Made by a program: the position numbers and the translations under genes. Of a stretch of 64,000 nt of DNA, positions 28,581-39,019 are shown piece by piece (position 1 is the first letter of the stretch; the number at the start of each line of letters is the position of its first letter). Where the stretch lies: positions 2,816,001-2,880,000 of the forward strand of contig OZ241867.1 of NCBI GenBank assembly GCA_965203175.1, read 5' to 3'. The DNA comes from Candidatus Latescibacterota bacterium (GTDB lineage Bacteria; Latescibacterota; UBA2968; UBA8231). The notes under the pieces were generated by a model, which saw only the letters and a program-made list of their open reading frames with translations, did no database searches and was not told the DNA's origin.

Positions 28581-30070
28581 TGGCGCTGTTGGCTGCGCGC
28601 GGCATTAGCAAGCGCTTTCCCGGGGTCCTGGCCCTCGACGCGGTGGATATGGCGGTGGAGGCAGGAGAAGTTCTCGCTGTCATCGGCGAAAATGGGGCTG
28701 GCAAATCCACCCTGATGAAAATTCTCGCTGGTATTGAGACCCCGGACAGCGGCCAGATTGTGCGCGATGGGGAGTCGGTGATCATCGACTCGCCGCGCCG
28801 CGCCGCTGCGCTCGGCATCGCCCTGATCCATCAAGAACTCAACTTTTGCGCCAATCTTTCGGTTGCCGCCAATCTCTACCTTGGCCGCGAGCCTCAGCAG
28901 TGGGGGATGATCGACCGCGCCACCATTCGCGAAGGAGCTGTCCAAGCCCTCGCGCAACTGGGGATTGAGGTGTCGCCGGACACCCTGATGGGTGACTTGC
29001 CCATTGGCCATCAGCAGCTCGTCGAAATTGCTAAGGCGCTGTCGACCGAGGCGCGGGTGCTAATTATGGACGAGCCGACCTCCAGCCTCACCAACCAAGA
29101 GGCCGAGGCTCTATTCGCGGTTATTAACGAGTTGCGCGAGCGCGGCGTGGCCATCATCTATATCTCCCACCGCCTCGGCGAGGTCGAAGCGTTAGCGGAT
29201 CGCGTCTTGGTCCTCTGCGACGGGCAAAACGCTGGCGAGCTGGATCGAGCGGAGATCAGCCACGACGCTATGGTGGCGAAGATGGTCGGCCGCGACGTGG
29301 CTCAGTACTACGCGCACGAACCCCATCCAGCCGGCGACATCGCCCTGCAAGCCGAGGACTTGGTCATCCCTGCTTGGCCTGATCACCGGCTCAACTTTGC
29401 GGTCCGACGCGGTCAGCTCGTCGGCATCGCCGGTCTCGTCGGCGCGGGGCGCACCGAGCTGTTGCAGGTGCTCTTTGGCATCGTTCCCGCGCTCGGTGGC
29501 CGCGTCCTTATCGACGGCGCTCCGCACGTGATTCGCTCACCGGTCGATGCCATTCGCGCTGGCTTGGCCCTCGTGCCCGAAGACCGCAAGCAACAGGGCC
29601 TGATCCTCGAAATGGCCCTGAGCGACAACATCGGCCTGCCCGGCTTGGGGCGCTACCAGCGCGTTGCTGGTTGGGCCAATTTTGCCCGCCAAGCCGCGGA
29701 CGCCGATCAGATGATCGAACGCCTCGCCATCCGCACTCCCGGCCCGACCCAAATCGTCCAGTACCTATCCGGCGGCAACCAGCAAAAGGTGGTGCTGGGC
29801 AAGTGGCTGGCGCTCGCGCCTCGCGTGTTGCTACTCGACGAACCAACTCGCGGCATCGACGTGGGGGCCAAGCAAGCGATTTACCACCTGATGGAAGAGT
29901 TGGCCGCCAGTGGCGTGGCCGTGCTGTTTGCGTCGAGTGAGTTGGAGGAAATTCTGGGGATGGCCGATGAGGTGTTGGTCATGCACGAAGGCCGCATTAC
30001 CGGCCAACTCCAGCGAGATGCTCTCAGTGAGGAAGTGATTATGCACTTGGCGACGGGGAAGGCGGCTTAG
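28580..30070 (+). CDS. Sugar ABC ATPase (RbsA-like, two NBDs)
   Basis: [56 protein letters not shown]. Confidence 0.95.
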   Translation: MALLAARGISKRFPGVLALDAVDMAVEAGEVLAVIGENGAGKSTLMKILAGIETPDSGQIVRDGESVIIDSPRRAAALGIALIHQELNFCANLSVAANLYLGREPQQWGMIDRATIREGAVQALAQLGIEVSPDTLMGDLPIGHQQLVEIAKALSTEARVLIMDEPTSSLTNQEAEALFAVINELRERGVAIIYISHRLGEVEALADRVLVLCDGQNAGELDRAEISHDAMVAKMVGRDVAQYYAHEPHPAGDIALQAEDLVIPAWPDHRLNFAVRRGQLVGIAGLVGAGRTELLQVLFGIVPALGGRVLIDGAPHVIRSPVDAIRAGLALVPEDRKQQGLILEMALSDNIGLPGLGRYQRVAGWANFARQAADADQMIERLAIRTPGPTQIVQYLSGGNQQKVVLGKWLALAPRVLLLDEPTRGIDVGAKQAIYHLMEELAASGVAVLFASSELEEILGMADEVLVMHEGRITGQLQRDALSEEVIMHLATGKAA

Positions 30071-30073
30071 AAG

Positions 30074-31042
30074 ATGAAGAAGATACTGGGTATCCTCGGC
30101 TTGTTACTGGCGATTTTTGTGGTCACTTGGATCGTCGAACCCAAGTTTGTCAGCGCCTATAACCTGCAAAACATCATCCGCTGGACCTCGCTATTTGGCA
30201 TTATTTCCATTGGCGTGGCCTTTGTCATCATCACGGGCGGTATTGACTTGTCGATTGGTTCGTTGATCGGCTTGGTGGGTTGTCTGCTGCCCATGCTCTT
30301 GGCCGCTGGATATTCGCCGGCCATTGCGCTGTTGGCCGTCGTGGTTTTGTCGTTGGCCATTGGGTTGATGCACGGCTTGCTGATCACGCGTCTGGGGCTG
30401 CAGCCGTTTGTCGTTACTCTGTGCGGTCTGCTGTTCTACCGCGGCTTTGCCCGCTGGCTCACCCATGACCAAGTCCAGGGCTTTGGCTCGTCCTACGAGG
30501 GCCTGCGCCAGTTGGCGATTGGCAAGGTCTCGCTGGGCGGCGGTTTTGCACTGCCGATTCCGTTTTTCCTCTTATTGCTTGCCGGGGGTCTCGCCGCCCT
30601 CTTCCTCAACCGCACGATATGGGGCCGCTACCTGTTGGCACTGGGCCGCAACGAGACCGCTGCACGGTATAGCGGCATCCAAATTGAGCGGATGAAAGTG
30701 TTGGCGTACGTCTTGTGCTCAGGCACCGCTGGCTTGGGGGGCATCCTCTTTGCCCTCGACGTCAACTCAGTGCAACCGGCTGCGCACGGCAATTTCTACG
30801 AACTGTACGCGATTGCCGCGGCCGTGTTGGGGGGCTGTTCCCTGCGCGGCGGCGAGGGGTCGATTTTGGGAGTCGTCATTGGTGCGGCCGTCATGCGGTT
30901 GCTCTACAATGCCATCAATGTCTCGGGCATCCCCACTCAACTCGAATTTGCCATTATCGGCGCGGTGATTTTGGCGGGGGTTATCGCCGACGAGTTGATC
31001 CGCCGCGTGGCGAGTAGGAGACGAGCGGGTCGAGGAGATTAA
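30074..31042 (+). CDS. Sugar ABC permease (RbsC-like)
   Basis: IITGGIDLSIGS, PFVVTL, GRNETAARYSGI, YELYAIAAAVLGG.SL.GG.G. Confidence 0.95.
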   Translation: MKKILGILGLLLAIFVVTWIVEPKFVSAYNLQNIIRWTSLFGIISIGVAFVIITGGIDLSIGSLIGLVGCLLPMLLAAGYSPAIALLAVVVLSLAIGLMHGLLITRLGLQPFVVTLCGLLFYRGFARWLTHDQVQGFGSSYEGLRQLAIGKVSLGGGFALPIPFFLLLLAGGLAALFLNRTIWGRYLLALGRNETAARYSGIQIERMKVLAYVLCSGTAGLGGILFALDVNSVQPAAHGNFYELYAIAAAVLGGCSLRGGEGSILGVVIGAAVMRLLYNAINVSGIPTQLEFAIIGAVILAGVIADELIRRVASRRRAGRGD

Positions 31043-31062
31043 TTTCGCAGGGAGATAGGACA

Positions 31063-32193
31063 ATGGAACAAAAAAAATATCGCGCTGGCGTCATTGGCTT
31101 GGGGTGGATGGGGTTTCTCTACGACTTGGGGAAGCGGGATTACGAGCGCATCGGCGGGTCGCACAAAAACCCCATATACGATGTCGAAAGCGCCGACCGG
31201 CCCCTGCCGGATGGACTCGATATCAACCGGACGTTTCACCTCTACGATCACCCTGGGAGGGAGGGGCTGGGTTCTTCGTATTCTGCGGCTCTTTCCGACC
31301 GGCCCGAAGTGGAATTAGTGGCTGGGGCCGACCGGGATCCGCGGCGACGGGCTATGTTCGGGGAGCGCTTCGGCATTGAGGCCTTGTACGCGGACGCGCT
31401 GGAGATGTTGAACGAAGAGGGGCTGGACATCGTGGCGATTGCGACGAACACGAAGGGGCGGTCTGCGCTGACGGTGGCAGCGGTCGACGCTGGGGTGCGG
31501 GGCGTGTTGGTAGATAAGCCGATGGTGTTCTCGCTGGCCGAAGCCGACGCCATGGTCGGCGCGTGCGCCGAGGCTGGAGTGCCGCTGGTGGGTGGGGCGA
31601 CGAGCGTTTCGCATCCGTCGTTTGCGCGGGCCAAGTCGCTGGTGGAGGAGGGGGCGATTGGGGAAGTGCGGTCGCTCGAAGCGCGCGTCCCGGTTTTCGC
31701 TCAGCATCAGGACTGGAGCTACTTTTTGACCAGCGACCCAATTTGGGTGTGCGGCACGGGCGATCAGCCGCGTCGGGAGCGCGGCAGCACTGAATTCATG
31801 GGGCAGGGGATGATCGCGTGCAGCGATGGCACGGTGGTCCACATCCGCGCTGGCGCGCCCGAGGTGCGGATTTCGGGGAGTCGGGGGGAGATGTTTTTTG
31901 AGCACAATCAGTGGCGGCTCTATCAAGACGTGGAAACCCCAACTGCTGGACGGGCGGAAATGCCGTGGCCCGCGCCGCAGTTTTTGTCGGGCATGCGGAC
32001 GGTGTACTGCCTCGACGACCTGATCGACTGCATGGAGGGGCGGTTGGACGAGCCGAAAAATTCTGGGCGGCGGGTCGCTGTTGCGCTGGAAGTGGAACTG
32101 GGGCTGAAACAGTCGTCAGCGCGGGGCGGCGAGCGCGTGGAATTGCCACTGGCCGACCGCAGCTTGGCGCTGACGTACGATTGGTTCCGCTAG
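31063..32193 (+). CDS. Gfo/Idh/MocA-family oxidoreductase
   Basis: GVIGLGWMG, LDIVAIAT, VDKPM, GAIGEV. Confidence 0.85.
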   Translation: MEQKKYRAGVIGLGWMGFLYDLGKRDYERIGGSHKNPIYDVESADRPLPDGLDINRTFHLYDHPGREGLGSSYSAALSDRPEVELVAGADRDPRRRAMFGERFGIEALYADALEMLNEEGLDIVAIATNTKGRSALTVAAVDAGVRGVLVDKPMVFSLAEADAMVGACAEAGVPLVGGATSVSHPSFARAKSLVEEGAIGEVRSLEARVPVFAQHQDWSYFLTSDPIWVCGTGDQPRRERGSTEFMGQGMIACSDGTVVHIRAGAPEVRISGSRGEMFFEHNQWRLYQDVETPTAGRAEMPWPAPQFLSGMRTVYCLDDLIDCMEGRLDEPKNSGRRVAVALEVELGLKQSSARGGERVELPLADRSLALTYDWFR

Positions 32194-32206
32194 AGGATAC
32201 GAGCCG

Positions 32207-32935
32207 ATGCGGGTATTGGTTACGGGCGCGGCTAGTGCATTGGGTCAAGAGGTAGCCGCTGCGCTGGCGGCGGATGAAAATGCGCAACTGCGGCTGCTAG
32301 ACGACTGCGCGGCGCAGCGACAAGACGTCGAATGGATCGATGCTCGACTGACGGATCCAGACGCGGTACGGCAGGCGGTGTGGGATGTAGATGTTGTCGT
32401 CCACACGGGTGAGCCGCCGCCCGCGCCCGAGAGCGAAGAGGCTCTGTTGGACCGAGCGACGCGCGGGACGCACGTGCTGTTGCAGACGGCGGTGGAGGCA
32501 GGCGTTAAGCGGTTTGTGTATGGCAGCACTCTCGAAGTGTTTCGCGGATACCCCGACACGGTGTACGTCACTGAATATTACAAGCCATTGCCACCGACCG
32601 AAATGACGGTGCTGGCGCGATATTTGGGCGAGATTACGTGCCGCGAATTTGCGCGCGAGTATCCCATCACGGTCACGGCGTTGCGCCTCGGCAAGCTGGT
32701 GTGGGAAGAGGAGGTCGCCGGGCAAGAATGTGATTTGATGTGGGTCGATATTCGCGATGCAGCGCAGGCGTTTTGCGCGGCGTTGGCGCGGGACGCGAGC
32801 GCGTCCCTAAATTGGGTGCCGCGCTGGGCTGTGTACCACATTGCCGCGCCCATTGCCCATCCCAAATTTTTGCTCGACCGAGCCAAGTCCATGGGCTATC
32901 AGCCGCAGCGCGAGTTTCGAGGAGCCGACGCATGA
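32207..32935 (+). CDS. NAD-dependent epimerase/dehydratase (extended SDR)
   Basis: VLVTGAASALG, GVKRFVYGST, WVDIRDAAQA; the canonical YxxxK is not evident. Confidence 0.78.
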   Translation: MRVLVTGAASALGQEVAAALAADENAQLRLLDDCAAQRQDVEWIDARLTDPDAVRQAVWDVDVVVHTGEPPPAPESEEALLDRATRGTHVLLQTAVEAGVKRFVYGSTLEVFRGYPDTVYVTEYYKPLPPTEMTVLARYLGEITCREFAREYPITVTALRLGKLVWEEEVAGQECDLMWVDIRDAAQAFCAALARDASASLNWVPRWAVYHIAAPIAHPKFLLDRAKSMGYQPQREFRGADA

Positions 32936-33651
32936 AGAAAAAGGTGTTGCTGCTAGGGGCCTCGGGGATGATCGCTCCCGATCTGCTGCCCGGTCTCGAA
33001 GATACGTACGATGTGAAGCTGGCTGACGTTGCCCCGCACCCGGACGGCAAGCCCATATTGCATTGCGATGTGTCGTCGCGGGAGCAGGTGCGGGACGCGG
33101 CTGCGGGCATGGACGCGATTATGAATTTTTCAGTCGTGCGCGATCATCCCGAGCAGAGTTTTCACGTCAACATGCGCGGGGCGCTCAATGTGATGCAGGC
33201 CGCGGTTGAGCACGGGATCAAAAAGGTGATTCACTCCGGCCCGCAATTCGTCCGCAGCACGTATGACCACGACTTTGACATTGCGGACGTGCCGCCGGTT
33301 TTGACTACAGGTTATTACTGTTTGACGAAGGGCTTGGCGAGCGAGATTTGCCGGACGTATGCACGGGCGCATGACATTCAGACGATCAGCTTTTTGTTCA
33401 ATGGCTTGGGGCCGCGCCCGACGCAAAGTGCTGGAGATTTTCAGCCCTTTACGGTGGTGTGGGAGGATTTGCATCAGGCCTGTCGGCTGGCGCTGGAAAT
33501 TCCAGCAGTGCCGGACTGCTTTCAGGAGTTCAACTTGCTTAGCTGGGAGGGACACGGGAAGTACAATGTCGATAAAGCCCGGCGCATCTTGGGCTTTGAG
33601 CCGACGGAGCGTTGGGAGCGGTATTTTGCACGCAATGTAAATGACCACTAA
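32932..33651 (+). CDS. NAD-dependent epimerase/dehydrogenase (uronate-dehydrogenase-like extended SDR)
   Basis: ATGA overlap with the upstream gene; LLGASGMI, VN..G..NV, YCLTK, KARRILGFEP. Confidence 0.82.
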   Translation: MKKKVLLLGASGMIAPDLLPGLEDTYDVKLADVAPHPDGKPILHCDVSSREQVRDAAAGMDAIMNFSVVRDHPEQSFHVNMRGALNVMQAAVEHGIKKVIHSGPQFVRSTYDHDFDIADVPPVLTTGYYCLTKGLASEICRTYARAHDIQTISFLFNGLGPRPTQSAGDFQPFTVVWEDLHQACRLALEIPAVPDCFQEFNLLSWEGHGKYNVDKARRILGFEPTERWERYFARNVNDH

Positions 33652-33668
33652 AGACTAGGAGCTTTTCC

Positions 33669-34463
33669 ATGAGCGAAATTGTCGCGGATACAGCTCAAAT
33701 CCCCGAGTTTGAAGACCAACTCGACGCGCTCGATCGGCACGGCTTCCTATTGGTGCGCAACGCGCTGCCCGAGGACGTGGTGCTGGCCTGGCGGGAGTGC
33801 TTGGTGCGGAAGTACGAGCGGCGGGAATGGGACATTAGCAACGAAGTGGGCAATGTGGCTTTTGACCATTTGTTGGAGCAAGAACCTGAGTTGGCCCAGC
33901 CCATGGTCGGCCATCCCTCAGTGGCGCCGTATTTGCAGGCCATGCTCGGGCGGCAATGCCAGTTGCGGAGCTTTCGCGCGCACATCAATCCGGGGGCTTA
34001 TACCCAAGAGTGGCACAAGGATTTTGGCTATTATTGGGACGCGCCCGACGAGGCGCGGCACGCGCTGCGGCCACTGTGCATAAACACCACATTTTATCTG
34101 ACGGATAACGCGCCAGAGACCGGGCGCTTGACCTTCATCAATAACTTCTGCCACAACGCCCTGCCGGAAGAAATTCGCCACCTAGGCGGGTACAATTCCG
34201 ACAATCCCTTTTACCAGTGGTGCGAGCGGCAGGAGCACATCCATCTGCACCCCATGACCGGCGATGCAGTGGTGTTCTTCAGCCACATCCCGCACCAAGG
34301 TGCAAAGCTAAAGGAAGATGCCGACGCCCCTATCCGCGGCAACGTGGTGCTGCACTATCAGCAGACGCCGATGTTCCCGGGGATTCCCTTTGTCAGCTCG
34401 CCGCTGCCAGCCATTGCCGCGCTCGGGTACAATGGGACCTTTCCGTTTGCCGAGGGGCGCTAG
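33669..34463 (+). CDS. PhyH-family dioxygenase
   Basis: GFLLVRNAL, WHKD, YLTD, GDAVVF..HIPHQG. Confidence 0.85.
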   Translation: MSEIVADTAQIPEFEDQLDALDRHGFLLVRNALPEDVVLAWRECLVRKYERREWDISNEVGNVAFDHLLEQEPELAQPMVGHPSVAPYLQAMLGRQCQLRSFRAHINPGAYTQEWHKDFGYYWDAPDEARHALRPLCINTTFYLTDNAPETGRLTFINNFCHNALPEEIRHLGGYNSDNPFYQWCERQEHIHLHPMTGDAVVFFSHIPHQGAKLKEDADAPIRGNVVLHYQQTPMFPGIPFVSSPLPAIAALGYNGTFPFAEGR

Positions 34464-34489
34464 GGTTTTAACATCACAAGAAAAGGAGA

Positions 34490-35407
34490 ATGCTTATGCG
34501 TCACTTTACTCGCACACCCCATTACAGCGGGCCGGACGATCCCGAAATCGGCCAAGTGCGCGGCTCTTTGGAGCTCGGAGAAACCGTCATCATCGAGACC
34601 ACTGGCGGAGCGGACAACGACTTTGAAGCGGCCGGGGAGACCCGCGCTGGCATGATTACTTCCGGGGAGAGCCATCGCCGCTACGCCCGCCCCGGTGGTC
34701 CCTTTCTCATCGAGGACATTGGGCCGGACGATTGGGTGGCTATCGAGATTATTGATATCGAGGTCGGCCCCTACGGCTTCTATCGCAACGGCGGTCCCAA
34801 TTGGGGCAATTGGCGCTGCGTGGCGCCGGTGCGCGACGGACTGATTCACTTTCCGCCGGATTTTGTCGTGCCGGTGCGGCCCATGATCGGCGTCGTCCAG
34901 CTCGAATCGTGGGCACCCAATGCCATAGATCACGGCGGCAACATGGATTTCAATGCCATCCAGCCCGGCAGCACCGTCCACATCCGCGCGCAAAAGCCCG
35001 GAGGATTGCTCTCGCTGGGCGATGTCCACGCGCGCATGGGCGACGGCGAGTTGACCGGGGCTGGGGTCGAGATCGACTCGGCCATCACGCTCAAAGTGGA
35101 TCGCTCGCCCGGATTCCCCAACAGCAGTCCCGTGGTTGAGACCACTAGGGTTGTGGAAGACGCCGAGGAATATCTCACCAGTGCGCGTGCGGAAGAGTGG
35201 GGCGACGCGCTCAAAGCGGCGTGGCTCGAAATGGTGGCCCTGATTTGCGACCGCTACGACACCACGTACGAATACGCCAACATGATCGTCGGTACCATTG
35301 GGGACGCGCGTCCGGGCTTTGCCACTGGCTACATGGGCGGGTACGCGACCTGTCAGATCGCAGTGACCAAGAAGCTGCGGCGCACGGGTGAGCCGTACCA
35401 GCCCTAG
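34490..35407 (+). CDS. Acetamidase/formamidase family protein
   Basis: PMIGV, HGGNMD, GLLSLGDVHARMGDGE..G.GVE; AAGGAG RBS. Confidence 0.88.
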   Translation: MLMRHFTRTPHYSGPDDPEIGQVRGSLELGETVIIETTGGADNDFEAAGETRAGMITSGESHRRYARPGGPFLIEDIGPDDWVAIEIIDIEVGPYGFYRNGGPNWGNWRCVAPVRDGLIHFPPDFVVPVRPMIGVVQLESWAPNAIDHGGNMDFNAIQPGSTVHIRAQKPGGLLSLGDVHARMGDGELTGAGVEIDSAITLKVDRSPGFPNSSPVVETTRVVEDAEEYLTSARAEEWGDALKAAWLEMVALICDRYDTTYEYANMIVGTIGDARPGFATGYMGGYATCQIAVTKKLRRTGEPYQP

Positions 35408-35427
35408 GGCCAGAAGGGAAGGGCCGC

Positions 35428-36240
35428 ATGGCAACGTCATTGCAGGTAGAGCAATACCACGAGCAGGGGTATTTCATCGTCGACGACGCAGTCGCCCCGG
35501 ACATGCTAGCGGCTTTGGAGGTCGGCGCGCGGCGCGCGGTGGAAAAGGTGCGCTCCGGCGCGGTGGTGGCTACGGCCGAGCAGATCAGCACCGGCGGCCC
35601 GGGTGTGGAGCCGCGTAACATCTTGGGTTTGATCGCGCCCGAGTTTGGCGAGCCGATCTTTGCCGAATACCTCATGTCCGAGCCGGTGGAGACCTACGTG
35701 CGCGCCTTGGTGGGAAGTCCGTTGCGCTTGGGCTGGGTGGGGATGATTGTCCTACACGGCCCGACTGAATACGACACGGGTTGGCACCGCGACTTTGGCA
35801 AAGAGGAGCGCGACGGCAGTCGGGAGGTGGAACTGGAAATTCTGAGCCGCTACCGCAAGAATTTGGTCAAGTGGCACTTGGCCTTGGTGGACGACGCCTG
35901 TTTGTGGCTGGTGCCGGGCAGCCAGCGCCGCTACCGCACCGAGCAGGAGCGCGAAGTGCTGATCAACAATCGCAAGGGTGACGTGCCCAATGCACAACAA
36001 ATAGTGCTACAAAAGGGGCAGACTATTTTCTGGAACGGCAATACCATTCACCGGGGTCTCTTGTCCGCTGGCGCGACTGAGCGGCTGACCCTGACGGGTG
36101 CGTTAGTCAAGCACGAGGAAGATCAGCGCGAAGCCCTCGACGGGCGCTTCCGCTGGCAATTGGCCGACAATGTGCGGGCTGGGCTGTCCGCGCGGATGCA
36201 GGACTACTACGACCGCTGGCGTCGGGTGCAGGACGTTTAG
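35428..36240 (+). CDS. PhyH-family dioxygenase
   Basis: GYFIV, WHRD, LWLVPGS, GQTIFWNGNTIHRG. Confidence 0.82.
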   Translation: MATSLQVEQYHEQGYFIVDDAVAPDMLAALEVGARRAVEKVRSGAVVATAEQISTGGPGVEPRNILGLIAPEFGEPIFAEYLMSEPVETYVRALVGSPLRLGWVGMIVLHGPTEYDTGWHRDFGKEERDGSREVELEILSRYRKNLVKWHLALVDDACLWLVPGSQRRYRTEQEREVLINNRKGDVPNAQQIVLQKGQTIFWNGNTIHRGLLSAGATERLTLTGALVKHEEDQREALDGRFRWQLADNVRAGLSARMQDYYDRWRRVQDV

Positions 36241-36257
36241 CGCCTATGCGTTAGATA

Positions 36258-37454
36258 CTAGACGGACGATAACCACTCATCGCCGGGCATGATACGCTGC
36301 ATGAATTGGTCGAACATGGGGACGGTGAACGCGGTATCGCCGTGACTTGGGCTCCAGATCATGCCTTTGTTGATTAGCTGGTTGCGAGTAGGAGCTAAAG
36401 AGCTTACTGGGCGGTTCAATGTATTGGCAATATCACCGGAGCGGTGAGGCCCTGCACCGAGTTGGGCCATCGCCCGCATATACCTTTTTTCCGCAGGCGT
36501 AAGCCTATCAAACCTGACCGAGAAGAAGCTTTGATCTAGAGCCGCTATGGCCTGTTGGGACGCGACTTCAACATTAGCCGCGGTGATGGGAGTGCGCTCG
36601 GCAACATCCCAGACATGCTTGCCCCATTCTTGCAGGAAGTAGGGATAGCATTGAGTTTGGGAAACAATGTCGTCGAGCGCGAGTGGTTCGATTGCTACTC
36701 CTTCGTCTTTTGCAGGCTTCGCAATTGCCCGCTTGGCATCTTCGGGCGATAGTGGTCCGATTGCGGGAAACTCAAAAAGCCGTTCGGCATAAGATTTTGC
36801 CTGCCCCATGCGACCGCGTACTTGGGGTAGGCCAGCGCCAAGCATGACCACGGGTAGTTTGCGCTGAGCCATTCGGTGCAAGGCGGTGATCAGTGCCGCT
36901 AGCTCAGTCTCTTTCACATATTGAAGTTCGTCGACAAATAGGGCCACACAGGTCGCATCCGCTTTGGCGGCAGCACCGACGACTTCAAACAAGGCCTGCA
37001 AGTCGATTTCTAAGTCCCCATTGTCTGCCAACCCAGACTCAGGCTCAAAGTCCAACCCGACCTCGATGTCCTGATACTTCACTTTTAGGGCCCCAACAAA
37101 TCCCGCGAGTCCCCTAAGTGCCCTTTGCGCTAGTTGCTTTGCTGCCTGCTTATTCGAGAGTCTCAACAGCGCCACACGCAGTTGAGGTACCAGCATGGCG
37201 GGAAGGGAACGGTTTTCAGGTGCTTCGATACGTAGGGCGTAGATGCCGCTTGCCTCGGCTTGTTCTCGCATGAGGTCCAATAGCACGGTTTTACCAACGC
37301 CGCGTAAGCCGACCATCAGCATACTCTTGGTGGGACGCCCTATTTTGGTCCGCTCCAATGCAATGCGTGCGGATTCGCGGATGTCATCGCGGCCGGCTAG
37401 CTCCGGCGGCGGGGTGCCCGCTCCAGGCGCGTATGGGTTGCGTATAGGGTCCAC
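36258..37454 (-). CDS. Stand-alone AAA (AAA_16/STAND-like) ATPase with C-terminal winged helix
   Basis: NPYAPGAG.PP.LAGR, GLRGVGKT, FVDELQ, YPYFLQ, LINKGMIWSP. Confidence 0.88.
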   Translation of the reverse strand: MDPIRNPYAPGAGTPPPELAGRDDIRESARIALERTKIGRPTKSMLMVGLRGVGKTVLLDLMREQAEASGIYALRIEAPENRSLPAMLVPQLRVALLRLSNKQAAKQLAQRALRGLAGFVGALKVKYQDIEVGLDFEPESGLADNGDLEIDLQALFEVVGAAAKADATCVALFVDELQYVKETELAALITALHRMAQRKLPVVMLGAGLPQVRGRMGQAKSYAERLFEFPAIGPLSPEDAKRAIAKPAKDEGVAIEPLALDDIVSQTQCYPYFLQEWGKHVWDVAERTPITAANVEVASQQAIAALDQSFFSVRFDRLTPAEKRYMRAMAQLGAGPHRSGDIANTLNRPVSSLAPTRNQLINKGMIWSPSHGDTAFTVPMFDQFMQRIMPGDEWLSSV

Positions 37455-37600
37455 GAGGCAAAATTTATAGGATAATTATAAAATTTATAAAGTTTATGAG
37501 TAAAAGATAACTTAGCTAATTTCACTAGTTTTAGCAATTTGATTGCCATCCCGGAAGGCTCAGATCACTGCGACGACCTTGGAGCATAGGGATCATCACG

Positions 37601-38836
37601 TCAGTCGGCGCGGAAGACGCCTTCCTTTTTGACGCGGTCGTGGACTTTGGCGAACTCGGCCGAGCCGTCGTCTTCCCAAATCGAGGAGCGGAAGCCGCGG
37701 TCAACGCCCTCCTGATGGCCGGTAATGCTGGTCGGGGAGATGTAGGACGGGCCGTAGTACGTGTGTCCGCCGGGCATCTGCAGGACGCCGACGTGGGTTG
37801 GACGCTCGACGAGCGATTGAGCCGCCACCCGAGCCAAGGCATCCTCATCGACTGTAAAGCCCAAGCCCGGTCCGTTGGGTACGGGGGAGGCTCCATCGAC
37901 GACGGGAATGGTTTCGGTGGTGTAGTCTTCGGCGTACTGGTCGTCGAGGTTGATCGAGTGAGCGGTGTGAGTCGGCAGCACCGAGGCCATGTGCATGGCC
38001 ATAGCCTTGCCCAGAGTACCTCCTTCAAATTGCAGCAGAACTTGCACATTGGCCCGGCCACAGGCCCAGCCGGCGGCCATGGTGTCTTCGAGCGTGCCGC
38101 CGATCATGTACATATCGGCGAGGCCGTAGATCAGTTCTTGGACTCCGCCCAAGGGCGTGCCGTGCATGATTAGCGGCAGACTGGTCTGCTGGCGCAGGCG
38201 CTTCCAGCCGTCGATGTCACTTTTGTCGAACGGGTCTTCGATGTAGCCGACGATGGGGAAGTTTCTTTCGAGTTCGGCGATGATCGGCAGGGCGCTGCCG
38301 AGGCTGCGGTTGTGGTTGAAGTCGTAGTGGATGCGGAAGCTCTCCGGGGCGACCTCTGTGGCCAGACGGGTTTGTTCGAAGACGTCGTGGTAGGTGCAGG
38401 TGTGGATTTTGAAGACGCGGTAGCCCTCGGCCGCGGCGCGTTTAATCTCGTCGCGGAAGATTTCTGGGGAGGCGGGTCGGGTCCAGGCGGCCACGGCGAT
38501 GGCGTTGCGCTTTTTCTGGCCGAGGAGTTTGTGAACGGGCAGGTCTAAGTGTTTGCCCATCGCGTCGTACAGGGCGCAGAGCAGGCCCGAGGGGACGGCG
38601 GAGCGATGGTCGTTGATGAAGTCAAAGGGGCTGAGGCCGACAAATTGGGCGACGGTGTCGCGGGACGGTTTGGCGTAGGGGCGCACTCGCATGTCGCCGT
38701 AGCCGGTGATGCCGGCGTCGGTGTGGACTTTGTACACGACGCGGCAGTCGATGCCGTAGAGATCGACGCGGCGCGCGGCGTAGCGGTTGGCCAGCTTGGG
38801 AAAGATGGGGATGACTTCGATATTGGTGATTTTCAT
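37601..38836 (-). CDS. Enolase-superfamily (mandelate racemase/MLE-like) enzyme
   Basis: TDAGITGYGD, ALYDAMGK..LPVHKLLG, FKIH, DFN, IEDP, PGLG. Confidence 0.88.
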   Translation of the reverse strand: MKITNIEVIPIFPKLANRYAARRVDLYGIDCRVVYKVHTDAGITGYGDMRVRPYAKPSRDTVAQFVGLSPFDFINDHRSAVPSGLLCALYDAMGKHLDLPVHKLLGQKKRNAIAVAAWTRPASPEIFRDEIKRAAAEGYRVFKIHTCTYHDVFEQTRLATEVAPESFRIHYDFNHNRSLGSALPIIAELERNFPIVGYIEDPFDKSDIDGWKRLRQQTSLPLIMHGTPLGGVQELIYGLADMYMIGGTLEDTMAAGWACGRANVQVLLQFEGGTLGKAMAMHMASVLPTHTAHSINLDDQYAEDYTTETIPVVDGASPVPNGPGLGFTVDEDALARVAAQSLVERPTHVGVLQMPGGHTYYGPSYISPTSITGHQEGVDRGFRSSIWEDDGSAEFAKVHDRVKKEGVFRAD

Positions 38837-39019
38837 CTTGGAAGGCTCCTTGATGGACGGAGAAGGTGGTTGGCGGCCAAGTTACGGGAGGGGGAGAGGA
38901 GACGCAAGCGTTGAGTGTCGTTGGTTGGCCAGGTGGGATGCATCCATTCTTTTTGCACAAGTTGGTCCCTCAAACCATTTTATCAGCCCAAACGCAAGAC
39001 CACTTCAAAGGAGGAGACC

